From Pseudomonadota bacterium (GTDB taxonomy: Bacteria; UBA10199; 2-02-FULL-44-16; DYJF01), in contig JBDRBB010000010.1 in the NCBI GenBank assembly GCA_043823065.1, forward strand, positions 64,001-128,000: a stretch of 64,000 bases of DNA, read 5' to 3'. Position 1 is the stretch's first letter. Each line of letters opens with the position of its first letter. The position numbers and the translations under genes were made by a program. Under the pieces are notes generated by a model, which did not search any database, had not been told where the DNA came from, and was given only the letters and a program-made list of their open reading frames with translations. Of this stretch, positions 28,563 to 36,745 are shown piece by piece.

Positions 28563-29557
28563 AAACTTTTTTGCTGTCTCTTCAATAAATACACAAAAAA
28601 CGGAGCGCCAATCAGCGCAGTAATTACACCAACAGGCAATTCTGTATTTAAGGTGGTATTAATCAATAATGATCTGGCTAAAGTATCGCAGATGATTAAA
28701 AAGGCGCCGCCCAAAATTCCTGAAACAGGAATCAATAACCGATGATCTGAACCTAAAATTAAACGCACCACGTGCGGAACAAAAAGCCCCACAAAACCAA
28801 TTAAGCCAGCAACTGCTACTGCTGCCCCAACCATTAAAGAGCTGGCAAAAAAGATGATTAAACGTAAATGATAAGCATTAATTCCCAACTGGCTAGCTTG
28901 CTCATCGCCTAAGCTTAAGACATTCATTTTTCCTGAAAAAAGAACTAAGATAAAAAAACCGGACAATACTAATCCAGCAACAACCAATAGAGCTTGATAA
29001 CTAACTGCTTCTAAATTTCCAATTAACAAAAAAACAATTTGATAGGCTTGTTCCATAGTAACCAAGGCATTGACAAAAAGGATTAAAGCAAAACAAAAAG
29101 CATTAAAAATAACTCCAGTTAAAAGCAAAGTATGCGAAGGTAAGCGTCCTTTGGTTTTGGCAATGGCAAAGATTAAAAACATGGCCAAAAAAGCTGCGCC
29201 AAAGGCAATTAGGGAAACCAAAATAAAGGGAAGTTTTAAGCCAACAGCTAATACACTACCCAAAGCTGCTCCACCTGATACCCCTAAAATATATGGATCT
29301 GCCAGGGGATTTCTAAGTAAAGATTGATAAGCTCCGCCAGCGCTAGCTAAAGCAATTCCCACTAGCATTGCCAACAGGATACGCGGCAGCCTATACTTTA
29401 AAAGTATAAGAAAATCAACATGTTGTAAGTTTGGGAGAGTTGAAAACAGGTCAATGGATTTGGCGCCTGTATCCAAGGCCAGTAATATAATGATAAAAAC
29501 CAAACCTAAAAGCCCTACATTAATATATAGCCATTTTTTAAAAGTAAGTGTCTTCAT
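28559..29557 (-). CDS. FecCD/BtuC-family ABC permease
   Basis: RLPRIL, RNPLADPYILGVSGGA, IGFVGLFVPH. Confidence 0.93.
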   Translation of the reverse strand: MKTLTFKKWLYINVGLLGLVFIIILLALDTGAKSIDLFSTLPNLQHVDFLILLKYRLPRILLAMLVGIALASAGGAYQSLLRNPLADPYILGVSGGAALGSVLAVGLKLPFILVSLIAFGAAFLAMFLIFAIAKTKGRLPSHTLLLTGVIFNAFCFALILFVNALVTMEQAYQIVFLLIGNLEAVSYQALLVVAGLVLSGFFILVLFSGKMNVLSLGDEQASQLGINAYHLRLIIFFASSLMVGAAVAVAGLIGFVGLFVPHVVRLILGSDHRLLIPVSGILGGAFLIICDTLARSLLINTTLNTELPVGVITALIGAPFFVYLLKRQQKSL

Positions 29558-30396
29558 TTATTGTTATGAATAATTTCAGCTAATTTGCTAATTTCAGCAA
29601 CTATCTTAGGCGCTGGCCTAAATAAACTATTATTTAGCAAATATATTTGTTTATTTTTCACAGCCTTAAGATTTGTTAAATTATTCCAATAAGTTAACGC
29701 TTGGCTATGGCTTATATTTGCCTCTGAACCCATAGACAAATCCATAATAATATCAGGATTAGCCAAAACCACTTGTTCCAAACTCCACCTAGGATAAGCC
29801 ATTTTTGACTTAACTACATTTTCTACACCTAACAATTCCAAAAATTCATTAAAATAACTTGTTTGACCACCTACAACCAATGGCTTGCTACCCCACACTA
29901 TTAAAACTTCCTTTTTAGGTTGGTCTTGCCACTTTTCTTTTAAGTAAGATATGGTTTCTTCCATCTGCCGTATAATATCATCGGCCCTGATTTCGGCCTT
30001 AACCAAAACAGCTATTTGTCTAATAGATTCTTTTGTTTCAGCCAAATTCTTAAAAGATAGTAATAAAACTTTTATGCCGATTTTTTCTAATTCCAAAATA
30101 GCTTTACGTGAACTTTGTTCTTTAGAAGTCATCACGATGTCTGGTTTAACAGCAATTATCTTTTCTAAAAAAGGCTTGGTATAATCGCCAATCTTAGGTA
30201 ACTTCTGGGCTTGCGCTGGATAATCACAATATGTTGTTACGCCAACAACTTGATCACCAACACCTAATTCAAATAAAATTTCAGTAATATTGGGTTTTAA
30301 AGAAACAATTCGCTGATATTCTTTAGCTATCAGTTTTGAAGTAAAAAATACCAAGCTAACGCATATCATTAATGTTATTATACTTTTTTTGACCAT
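29554..30396 (-). CDS. BtuF-like periplasmic binding protein
   Basis: RIVSLKPNITEILFELG, VVGVTTYCDYP; start moved to MVKKS because the upstream extension is a repeat. Confidence 0.85.
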   Translation of the reverse strand: MVKKSIITLMICVSLVFFTSKLIAKEYQRIVSLKPNITEILFELGVGDQVVGVTTYCDYPAQAQKLPKIGDYTKPFLEKIIAVKPDIVMTSKEQSSRKAILELEKIGIKVLLLSFKNLAETKESIRQIAVLVKAEIRADDIIRQMEETISYLKEKWQDQPKKEVLIVWGSKPLVVGGQTSYFNEFLELLGVENVVKSKMAYPRWSLEQVVLANPDIIMDLSMGSEANISHSQALTYWNNLTNLKAVKNKQIYLLNNSLFRPAPKIVAEISKLAEIIHNNK

Positions 30397-30454
30397 AGAC
30401 CATGGACTATTGACCTTTGAAAAACATAAAGTCAATGGTCTATCGTCCATGGTT
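30391..30454. repeat. Inverted heptamer hairpin
   Basis: gaccatagaccatggactattgac ... gtcaatggtctatcgtccatggtt. Confidence 0.6.
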
Positions 30455-30719
30455 CACTTTTCTATTGCATCATGTATTACTTTCATTTAAATTTTGAACT
30501 ACTTGTTTTTTAGCGTTTTTGCGATTTTTGAAAATTATGATTGCTTGTTTGTTGACACCAGGTTTTCAAAGATTTATAAGCGCATTCTTATTTGAAACTT
30601 TTTTTTGCAGAAAACAGGTCTGGAAAGGAGGTGCCCCTCTCGCGCAAAGACCATCTGCTGAAACACATTAACCGGTAGGCAAATAGCTTACCAAACTCTA
30701 ATTAAGGAGAGGAATTATC

Positions 30720-31886
30720 ATGAAAAAATTACTTATTGCTTTTATCGCAGTTGGCTTGTTGGCTTTTGGTTTTAGTGCCCAAGCCCAAGAAAGTTATGTT
30801 GGTGGTGGTTTTGAAGCTGCTGGTCATGTAATGGCTGGTGGTGGCTGGCAACGTCACAATAACCAAGGTGTTACCTATAACGTATTTGATGGTGACAATG
30901 CTGGTTATGGACCTGGTGTCATGGGCAAATACGAAGGACAGGCCCCTGCAGCAAGTACTGACTACTTCGGCTTTTTTGTAGATGAAGTAGAATTAGACCT
31001 TATGAAGTCATTTGGCGAAAACATTCGCCTACGCGCTGATTTAGATTTCGGTCGCGTAGCATCTTCAGGTCTTAATACAGCAGCATTCGTATTAGAACAG
31101 GCTTATGCAACAGCTAATATCCCAGTAGGTAATGGTATTGAGTTCTTGCTCGGTCGTTTCAACACCCCAATCGGTTTTGAAGCTGCTGATGTAATTGACA
31201 ACTACACCATTTCCAAATCAGCTATTTCTTACTTGCGCCCAATCAACACCACTGGTGCCAAGATCTACTATGCTTTTAACGATCTAGTTGACTTGCATTT
31301 CTACGTAGTAAACAGCTTGACCCAAGACAGTGATGCTAAAATCAACGACGTTCCTTCATTAGGTCTGCGTTTGGGTTTCAACTGGGGAGATGATGGCGAA
31401 AGTACACTTGGTATTAGCCCATTTTTCGGCCCAGAAACAAGAGCTTCCAACAAACATTTCACTTTTGGTGGAGATGTTGATTTGAACTGGTGGGTAACTG
31501 AAGAATTCGCTTTAGGTGCAGAAGCTCTGTTCCGTCGCGATAACGCTTTTGGTGCTGGCGTATCAAACACAGAGTACTTAGCTGGTTTGCTTAACTTGCA
31601 CTATGCTTTCTCAGATGTCTGGGATGGCACTTTGAAATATTGCTTTGCCAAACAATTTGATCCAGGAAATTATCGCCTTGCTGGTCTTGCTGCTAACCCA
31701 CTTAATGCCTGGAATAATTTAACTGGCGCTGAGCAATCCATGCATCAAATCGCTTTGGCTGGTGGATATGCCATTGCTGATGGTGCAAAATTGAAATTAG
31801 AAGGTCGCTTTGATATGGTAAAACCAGCTGGTGCAGCAAAACAATACACCTATGGTTTGGCCATGGCCTTTGCTTACAGATTCTAA
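30720..31886 (+). CDS. Outer-membrane beta-barrel porin
   Basis: Signal peptide AQA, LEQAY and GRFNTPIGFE motifs, terminal Phe (FAYRF). Confidence 0.82.
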   Translation: MKKLLIAFIAVGLLAFGFSAQAQESYVGGGFEAAGHVMAGGGWQRHNNQGVTYNVFDGDNAGYGPGVMGKYEGQAPAASTDYFGFFVDEVELDLMKSFGENIRLRADLDFGRVASSGLNTAAFVLEQAYATANIPVGNGIEFLLGRFNTPIGFEAADVIDNYTISKSAISYLRPINTTGAKIYYAFNDLVDLHFYVVNSLTQDSDAKINDVPSLGLRLGFNWGDDGESTLGISPFFGPETRASNKHFTFGGDVDLNWWVTEEFALGAEALFRRDNAFGAGVSNTEYLAGLLNLHYAFSDVWDGTLKYCFAKQFDPGNYRLAGLAANPLNAWNNLTGAEQSMHQIALAGGYAIADGAKLKLEGRFDMVKPAGAAKQYTYGLAMAFAYRF

Positions 31887-31908
31887 GTTGAATCTAATTA
31901 AAGCAAAT

Positions 31909-31942
31909 AAAAACCCCGGAAGATTTCTTCCGGGGTTTTTTT
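31909..31942 (+). terminator. Intrinsic terminator after porin
   Basis: aaaaaccccggaaga-tt-tcttccggggttttttt. Confidence 0.85.
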
Positions 31943-31960
31943 ATGTGTCATTGCGAGTGG

Positions 31961-32050
31961 CCCTTCGACAAGCTCAAAGCGAACGGTTAAAAAATTATTT
32001 TTCGTTTCCCCTAAGTTCCCACTTCCGTTCATCCTGAGCCTGTCGAAGGA
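31961..32050. repeat. REP-like element (CCCTTCGACAAGCTCA...TGAGCCTGTCGAAGG type)
   Basis: Inverted ends; same family at 53870-53946 and a half copy at ~22544-22569. Confidence 0.75.
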
Positions 32051-32053
32051 TGC

Positions 32054-32971
32054 TTATGTAAATATTTCCTTAAGAAGATTGCTAGGCTGCTTCCAGGCCT
32101 TAATCGAAAAAGGCACAATACACCCACAACGATTGCAGTCAGCTTTTCCGCCAATAACACAGGGAAGTTTAGGCTCGCCAAACGCATCTAAGGCAATTCC
32201 GTGTTTTACAAACACACAGTTTTTTCCAACTGCTTTATGCTTGTGTCTGGCTTGCATTAACTTAAAAGTATTTAACGGCGCGCCAATTAAATCTCCATAT
32301 TTATTCTTTTTTAGATCAAACAATTTATTTAAAACTTTATCTCTTTGAGCAAAGTCCAGCCACAGCTCTTCTTTAACGCCTTTAATAGGTGTAAAAAAAT
32401 CAAACAAGATAAATTTTATTTGAGCAACTTTTTTCCATTCCTCTAGCAACGGTTCAATACATTCCACATTTCCTTTATGTAAACAACAAGCCAAGATTAC
32501 TTTTTGATTCTGCTCCAAAATATTTTTCTTCAACTTTGCATACGAACCAACCCCTCTTACTTGATCATGCAATTTTTCTGTGCCATCTACTGAAATATGG
32601 AAATCAACATCTGGCCAATTAGGCAAAGGTAAAGTACCATTTGTTACTACCCGATTACTTTTAAAAAACTTCTTTGCCTGGGCAATCAAATCTTTGCGCA
32701 ATAAAGGTTCGCCACCAACCCAGGTACAACTAAAAAAAGGATGTTTCCCTTTTTGCATTTTTTCAATGCGCGCTAACCATTGTTCATTAGTGAGTTCTTT
32801 TTTATCTTCTTGTTTATAAGCATAAAAATAACAATGTGCGCATCTTAAGTTGCACTTATTGGTCACATCAATTGAACAAAATGTATTCTTAGGAAAAGGC
32901 GCTACCATCAAAGCTAATCGCGGTAAAACTTTTCCCTTCCAAAACGGATGCTTCTTTTTGTCTTCAGCCAT
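32054..32971 (-). CDS. Radical SAM protein with C-terminal Cys cluster
   Basis: CNLRCAHC, GGEPLLR, TNG, SVDG; C-terminal C...C..C.C. Confidence 0.88.
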   Translation of the reverse strand: MAEDKKKHPFWKGKVLPRLALMVAPFPKNTFCSIDVTNKCNLRCAHCYFYAYKQEDKKELTNEQWLARIEKMQKGKHPFFSCTWVGGEPLLRKDLIAQAKKFFKSNRVVTNGTLPLPNWPDVDFHISVDGTEKLHDQVRGVGSYAKLKKNILEQNQKVILACCLHKGNVECIEPLLEEWKKVAQIKFILFDFFTPIKGVKEELWLDFAQRDKVLNKLFDLKKNKYGDLIGAPLNTFKLMQARHKHKAVGKNCVFVKHGIALDAFGEPKLPCVIGGKADCNRCGCIVPFSIKAWKQPSNLLKEIFT

Positions 32972-33066
32972 AAAACCGACATACCTAATTATCATTCCTA
33001 AAATCAATCATTAAATAGTGTAGCAGTGGCGTACGAAACCGGGTCAATTCTCGCTACAGCCCATTA

Positions 33067-33216
33067 TTAAGTTGCGTAGGTGAGTGTTACTGCGCTAAAT
33101 CCAAAATTTCTTCACGCGCCAGAAATTTTGGAAGCGTTCTTCGCTCTCCATGTTATATAGGCTGCTGTGATGACTCGCTCGCACGCCGCGCAGTAACACT
33201 CACCTACGCAACTTAA
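33067..33216 (-). repeat. Structured ~150-nt repeat, family 1, copy A
   Basis: Perfect 28-bp terminal stem plus internal tccaaaatttct/agaaattttgga hairpin; homologous to 36283-36440. Confidence 0.8.
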
Positions 33217-33283
33217 CATGAGTTATAGAAACTCGAATCAATTTCTTACTTCAAATGTTTGGTGGTCCTTAAGGGATTGTCCG

Positions 33284-33306
33284 AAAAACAGACAGCTGAG
33301 TGCCAT
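33284..33306 (+). repeat. Left arm of 23-bp inverted repeat
   Basis: aaaaacagacagctgagtgccat; 22/23 match to the reverse complement of 36461-36483. Confidence 0.75.
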
Positions 33307-33376
33307 ATTTGTGCACTTATCCCCGGTTACGTTAAATACTTGCCATTATTGGCAGGTGGGATATAAATCCTGGCTT

Positions 33377-35698
33377 ATGGCAATTTTAGGATTTTCTACA
33401 CAAATCTGGATTACTTTAGGACCGCTTTTGGTAATCAACTTTATCTTTTTGGTTTCTTTGTTGGCTTACACTTTTACCAAAAATTCCCGTAGGCGCGACA
33501 TTCCAGAGTCAGCAACTAGGCATAAAACAAAACTGCTTGGAGCCCATCTTAAAGAATGGTGGGTTTTTTCCACAGACCCAATAGCCCATTTTCTCGTACG
33601 CATAGGCCTTAGACCTAGCATCATTACTATTATTGGTTTTTTATTTAGCGCAGTTGCCGGCTTTCTTTTTGCCTATGGTTTGTTTGGTTATGCTGGTTGG
33701 GTCATGATCTTTGGCGCCACCTTTGATATTTTTGACGGAAGAGTAGCTAGGCTCACTAACCAAGAAACCAGATCTGGCGCTTTTCTAGATTCAGTAATGG
33801 ATAGATTTGGTGAAGGCGTTTGTTTTTTAGGACTGGCTTTTTATTTTCGTTCTTCCTGGATCCTCTTTTTTGTTATTGCCGGCTTAATCGGCTCTATGCT
33901 GGTTTCTTATACGCGTGCTCGCGGCGAAGCAATTAATGTGGTATGCAAGGGCGGCTCTATGCAACGGCCGGAACGAATTGTTTATTTAGGAGTTTCCTCA
34001 GTCTTAAATCCAGTGGCTAGTGTAATTGTAATGCATTGGATCTCAACTCCTCCGCCAATCTTGGTAATTGGCGCCTTGCTTATTATCGCGGTCATGACCA
34101 ACTTTACAGCTATCCAGCGCATGGTATTTATTATGAATAGCTTAGATACTATGGATAGAAGTGAGCGGGAAACCATACCGCAACTTTTAACCAAACTCTC
34201 CACCAAAACTGGAAGAAAGCAAATACTATCCAAAGCTCGCTATGGCTATGATCGAAGCAAAACACATCTTGATCATGTTTTGTTTTTTTTAATGGGTGGA
34301 ACCAACATTGATTTAATAACTGAACTCTTAAAAAAGGGTGAACTACCAAACACTCAACGTTATGTTATAGAGCGCGGCAACATTTATCAAGCTACCAGCT
34401 CCTTTCCAACCACAACTGGCCCAGCTTTTACACCATTTATTACCGGGTGTTTTCCTGGAACCTGCAATATACCAGGCGCCCGATGGTTTGACCGTGAAGT
34501 CCCTTCAGCTAAAATTCTTACTATCAATCGCTTTCGAGATTACCTGGGCTGGGGCGCGCATGCCATGGATCATGATCTTTCTGGTAATGTAAAAACTATA
34601 TATGAATATTCCAAACGCGCTGCAAATATTTTAGGCATGTTAAACCGGGGTTGCGGAATTATTCGCGATCCAGCTTTTTTCCGTCTTCATTCCTTATATC
34701 ATGGCAAGCGTTCGATAGATATCCGCGAACTAGAAAACGCTGCTTATGAATGGTTTTTAGATGCAGTACACCGTCGAGCTGATTTTATTTTTTATTCATT
34801 TCCATCTGTTGATTTAGAAAATAAAACTGTTTTATCCAAACAAGCAAGCGCTGAATCTCTAAAAAGATTTGATCAAACAGTAGGTAAGACTGTCAAGGTG
34901 TTAATGGAAGAAGGCTTGTTTGAAAAAACAGCAATCATGGTTGCTAGTGATCATGGCTGTGGCTTTGCAGAAAAATCTCTGGATTTAACTGAAGTTATTG
35001 CTAAACATTTTTCAACTCTCAGCTTTCCCTTAAAACTTAGAGAATGGAACAAAGTTAGGGCAATTCCCTTACTGTCTGGTTCTTCTGCTGCTCATATTTA
35101 TTTAAGAAATGGAGATGATTGGTCGCACAACAATCCTTTTGAACAATTAGAAAAAACGGGTATTGTACAAGCCTTAATTGAAAAAGATGAAATAGATTTG
35201 CTTGCTGGTCGCAGCCAAGAAAGCGGCATTATCATTCAAAGCAAAAAAGGGCGGGCCAGAATCTTGGAAAAGGCTGATGGCAATATAACCTATCACATTG
35301 TTGATCAAGATCCCTTTGGCCTAGACCAAATTTCTGACAACTTAAATGAACAGTCAGCTTTATTATCTTTTAAAAATTCTGCTTATCCAGATGGCATCAT
35401 GCAAATTGTGCAGCAATTTAGATCTTCCCGAAGTGGAGATTTAATTGTCAGTGCCAGCAAGGGCGCGGTCCTTGATGGCAGTAAAAAGGGTAGCCCTACC
35501 CATGGTTCGTTGAATAAGGAAAATATTCTTGTTCCTTTTTTATCCAGCGTCCCGCTAAGACAAACAAATTTGCGCACTGTAGATTGTTTTTCCATTGTTC
35601 TTAACCTACTTGGTATAAAGGCTACCCACCGTGTGGACGGCATACAGCTAAACCAATTTTTAGAATCAAAAAAACAGGAGGTTCAGCATGCCCAATAA
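33377..35698 (+). CDS. CDP-alcohol phosphatidyltransferase fused to alkaline phosphatase/NPP-superfamily domain
   Basis: DIFDGRVAR-x7-GAFLDSVMD; FPTTTGPA, SDHG, HGSL. Confidence 0.85.
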   Translation: MAILGFSTQIWITLGPLLVINFIFLVSLLAYTFTKNSRRRDIPESATRHKTKLLGAHLKEWWVFSTDPIAHFLVRIGLRPSIITIIGFLFSAVAGFLFAYGLFGYAGWVMIFGATFDIFDGRVARLTNQETRSGAFLDSVMDRFGEGVCFLGLAFYFRSSWILFFVIAGLIGSMLVSYTRARGEAINVVCKGGSMQRPERIVYLGVSSVLNPVASVIVMHWISTPPPILVIGALLIIAVMTNFTAIQRMVFIMNSLDTMDRSERETIPQLLTKLSTKTGRKQILSKARYGYDRSKTHLDHVLFFLMGGTNIDLITELLKKGELPNTQRYVIERGNIYQATSSFPTTTGPAFTPFITGCFPGTCNIPGARWFDREVPSAKILTINRFRDYLGWGAHAMDHDLSGNVKTIYEYSKRAANILGMLNRGCGIIRDPAFFRLHSLYHGKRSIDIRELENAAYEWFLDAVHRRADFIFYSFPSVDLENKTVLSKQASAESLKRFDQTVGKTVKVLMEEGLFEKTAIMVASDHGCGFAEKSLDLTEVIAKHFSTLSFPLKLREWNKVRAIPLLSGSSAAHIYLRNGDDWSHNNPFEQLEKTGIVQALIEKDEIDLLAGRSQESGIIIQSKKGRARILEKADGNITYHIVDQDPFGLDQISDNLNEQSALLSFKNSAYPDGIMQIVQQFRSSRSGDLIVSASKGAVLDGSKKGSPTHGSLNKENILVPFLSSVPLRQTNLRTVDCFSIVLNLLGIKATHRVDGIQLNQFLESKKQEVQHAQ

Positions 35699-36284
35699 AA
35701 AAGATAATGCCCAAGGAATTGAAGCCTTAGATATGGCTTTTGACAGTTTTATCCAAGGCGCTGGAAATATTACGGCAGCGCTTTTAGGTATGATTAATAA
35801 AGCAGGTGGGCAAATTTATGCGCTTTTATTTTTAAGCGCTGAACCTCTTTCTTTGGATTGCATTTCAGAACGTTTAAGTCTTAGCAAAAGCAATGTTTCG
35901 ATTAATATTAGATTATTGGAAGATTTCAACCTAGTACGCAAAGTTTGGGTAAAAGGTTCGCGCAAAGACTACTATGCTGCGGAAAGGGTTTATCCCAAAA
36001 AAGTGTTGCGTGATTTTCTGGAAAAGATTCAAAGAAACTTAAGAGAATCAATCACCATTATTGAAAAAACTAGGGCTCATGCTACTCAAGCAAAAGTACT
36101 TCTAGACGATGAAAACAGGGAACAGGCTGAATTTGTATTAGATCAACTAAATCTAATCGGCCTGTTTTATTATGCTGCAGATAAATTTTTTGCCGACTTT
36201 TTTTCCGGCAAAGAGATGAACCTAGATATATTCCGCCAGGCTATCTTGCACCCTGATGAATTTCATCCAGGGAATAAAAGTTGA
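35688..36284 (+). CDS. GbsR/MarR-family transcriptional regulator
   Basis: GQIYALLFL..EPLSLD..SKSNVS..RKDYY winged-helix pattern. Confidence 0.85.
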   Translation: MPNKKDNAQGIEALDMAFDSFIQGAGNITAALLGMINKAGGQIYALLFLSAEPLSLDCISERLSLSKSNVSINIRLLEDFNLVRKVWVKGSRKDYYAAERVYPKKVLRDFLEKIQRNLRESITIIEKTRAHATQAKVLLDDENREQAEFVLDQLNLIGLFYYAADKFFADFFSGKEMNLDIFRQAILHPDEFHPGNKS

Positions 36285-36440
36285 TAATAAGTTGCGCGGG
36301 TGTACCTTGTCTCGCTAAATCCAAAATTTCCTCACGCGCCAGAAATTTTGGAAGCGTTCTTCGCTCGCCATGTCATATAGGCTGCTGTTATGGCTCGCTC
36401 GCACGCCGCGAGACAAGGTACACCCACGCAACCCATTATC
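36283..36440 (-). repeat. Structured ~150-nt repeat, family 1, copy B
   Basis: Core nearly identical to copy A; outer stem diverged with compensatory changes. Confidence 0.8.
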
Positions 36441-36460
36441 CCTCGGTGATTGCGTATCTA

Positions 36461-36483
36461 ATGGCACTCAGCTGTCTATTTTT
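36461..36483 (-). repeat. Right arm of 23-bp inverted repeat
   Basis: atggcactcagctgtctattttt. Confidence 0.75.
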
Positions 36484-36587
36484 AAGGGAAGCTTACGGAA
36501 CCAATTTATGCCAGCAATGACAACAATTAAAAACCAGTAGCGGAATTCGGGCAAAAGATGGTTTAGGAGTTTTTTTGGAATCCTTTG

Positions 36588-36707
36588 TATTGTGCTAGTG
36601 GCGTAGGGCGGCTTTTCGAACCGGACTGACATCGCTTGAAGCTACTAATAGTTTCGTAATAGCCTGAAGGAGGTGAGAAAAGTCGGCCGAGAGCTACTAG
36701 CACAATA
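36588..36707 (+). repeat. Structured hairpin repeat, family 2, copy 2
   Basis: tattgtgctagtggc-gtag-ggcggctttt...aaaagtcggcc-gaga-gctactagcacaata. Confidence 0.75.
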
Positions 36708-36745
36708 TCTCGCGTGCCTCCTTCACCATCTTTTGTCTGATGTAG

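Noticed and set aside
30455..30600. Cobalamin riboswitch upstream of the btuF-like gene
   Set aside because: No B12-box or conserved core visible, so substrate (B12 vs iron complex) remains unassigned
33291..33306. TGGCAC in the 23-bp inverted repeat (and at ~57069) as sigma54 promoters
   Set aside because: The required -12 TTGC at the correct spacing is absent
33218..33376. N-terminal extensions in the ORF track (also 27660-27716, 30397-30450, 51234-51284, 62652-62735)
   Set aside because: They translate repeats, DnaA boxes or promoter DNA; downstream starts fit the protein families better
36281..36520. 79-aa ORF after the regulator
   Set aside because: It is a translation of structured repeat copy B and the inverted-repeat arm
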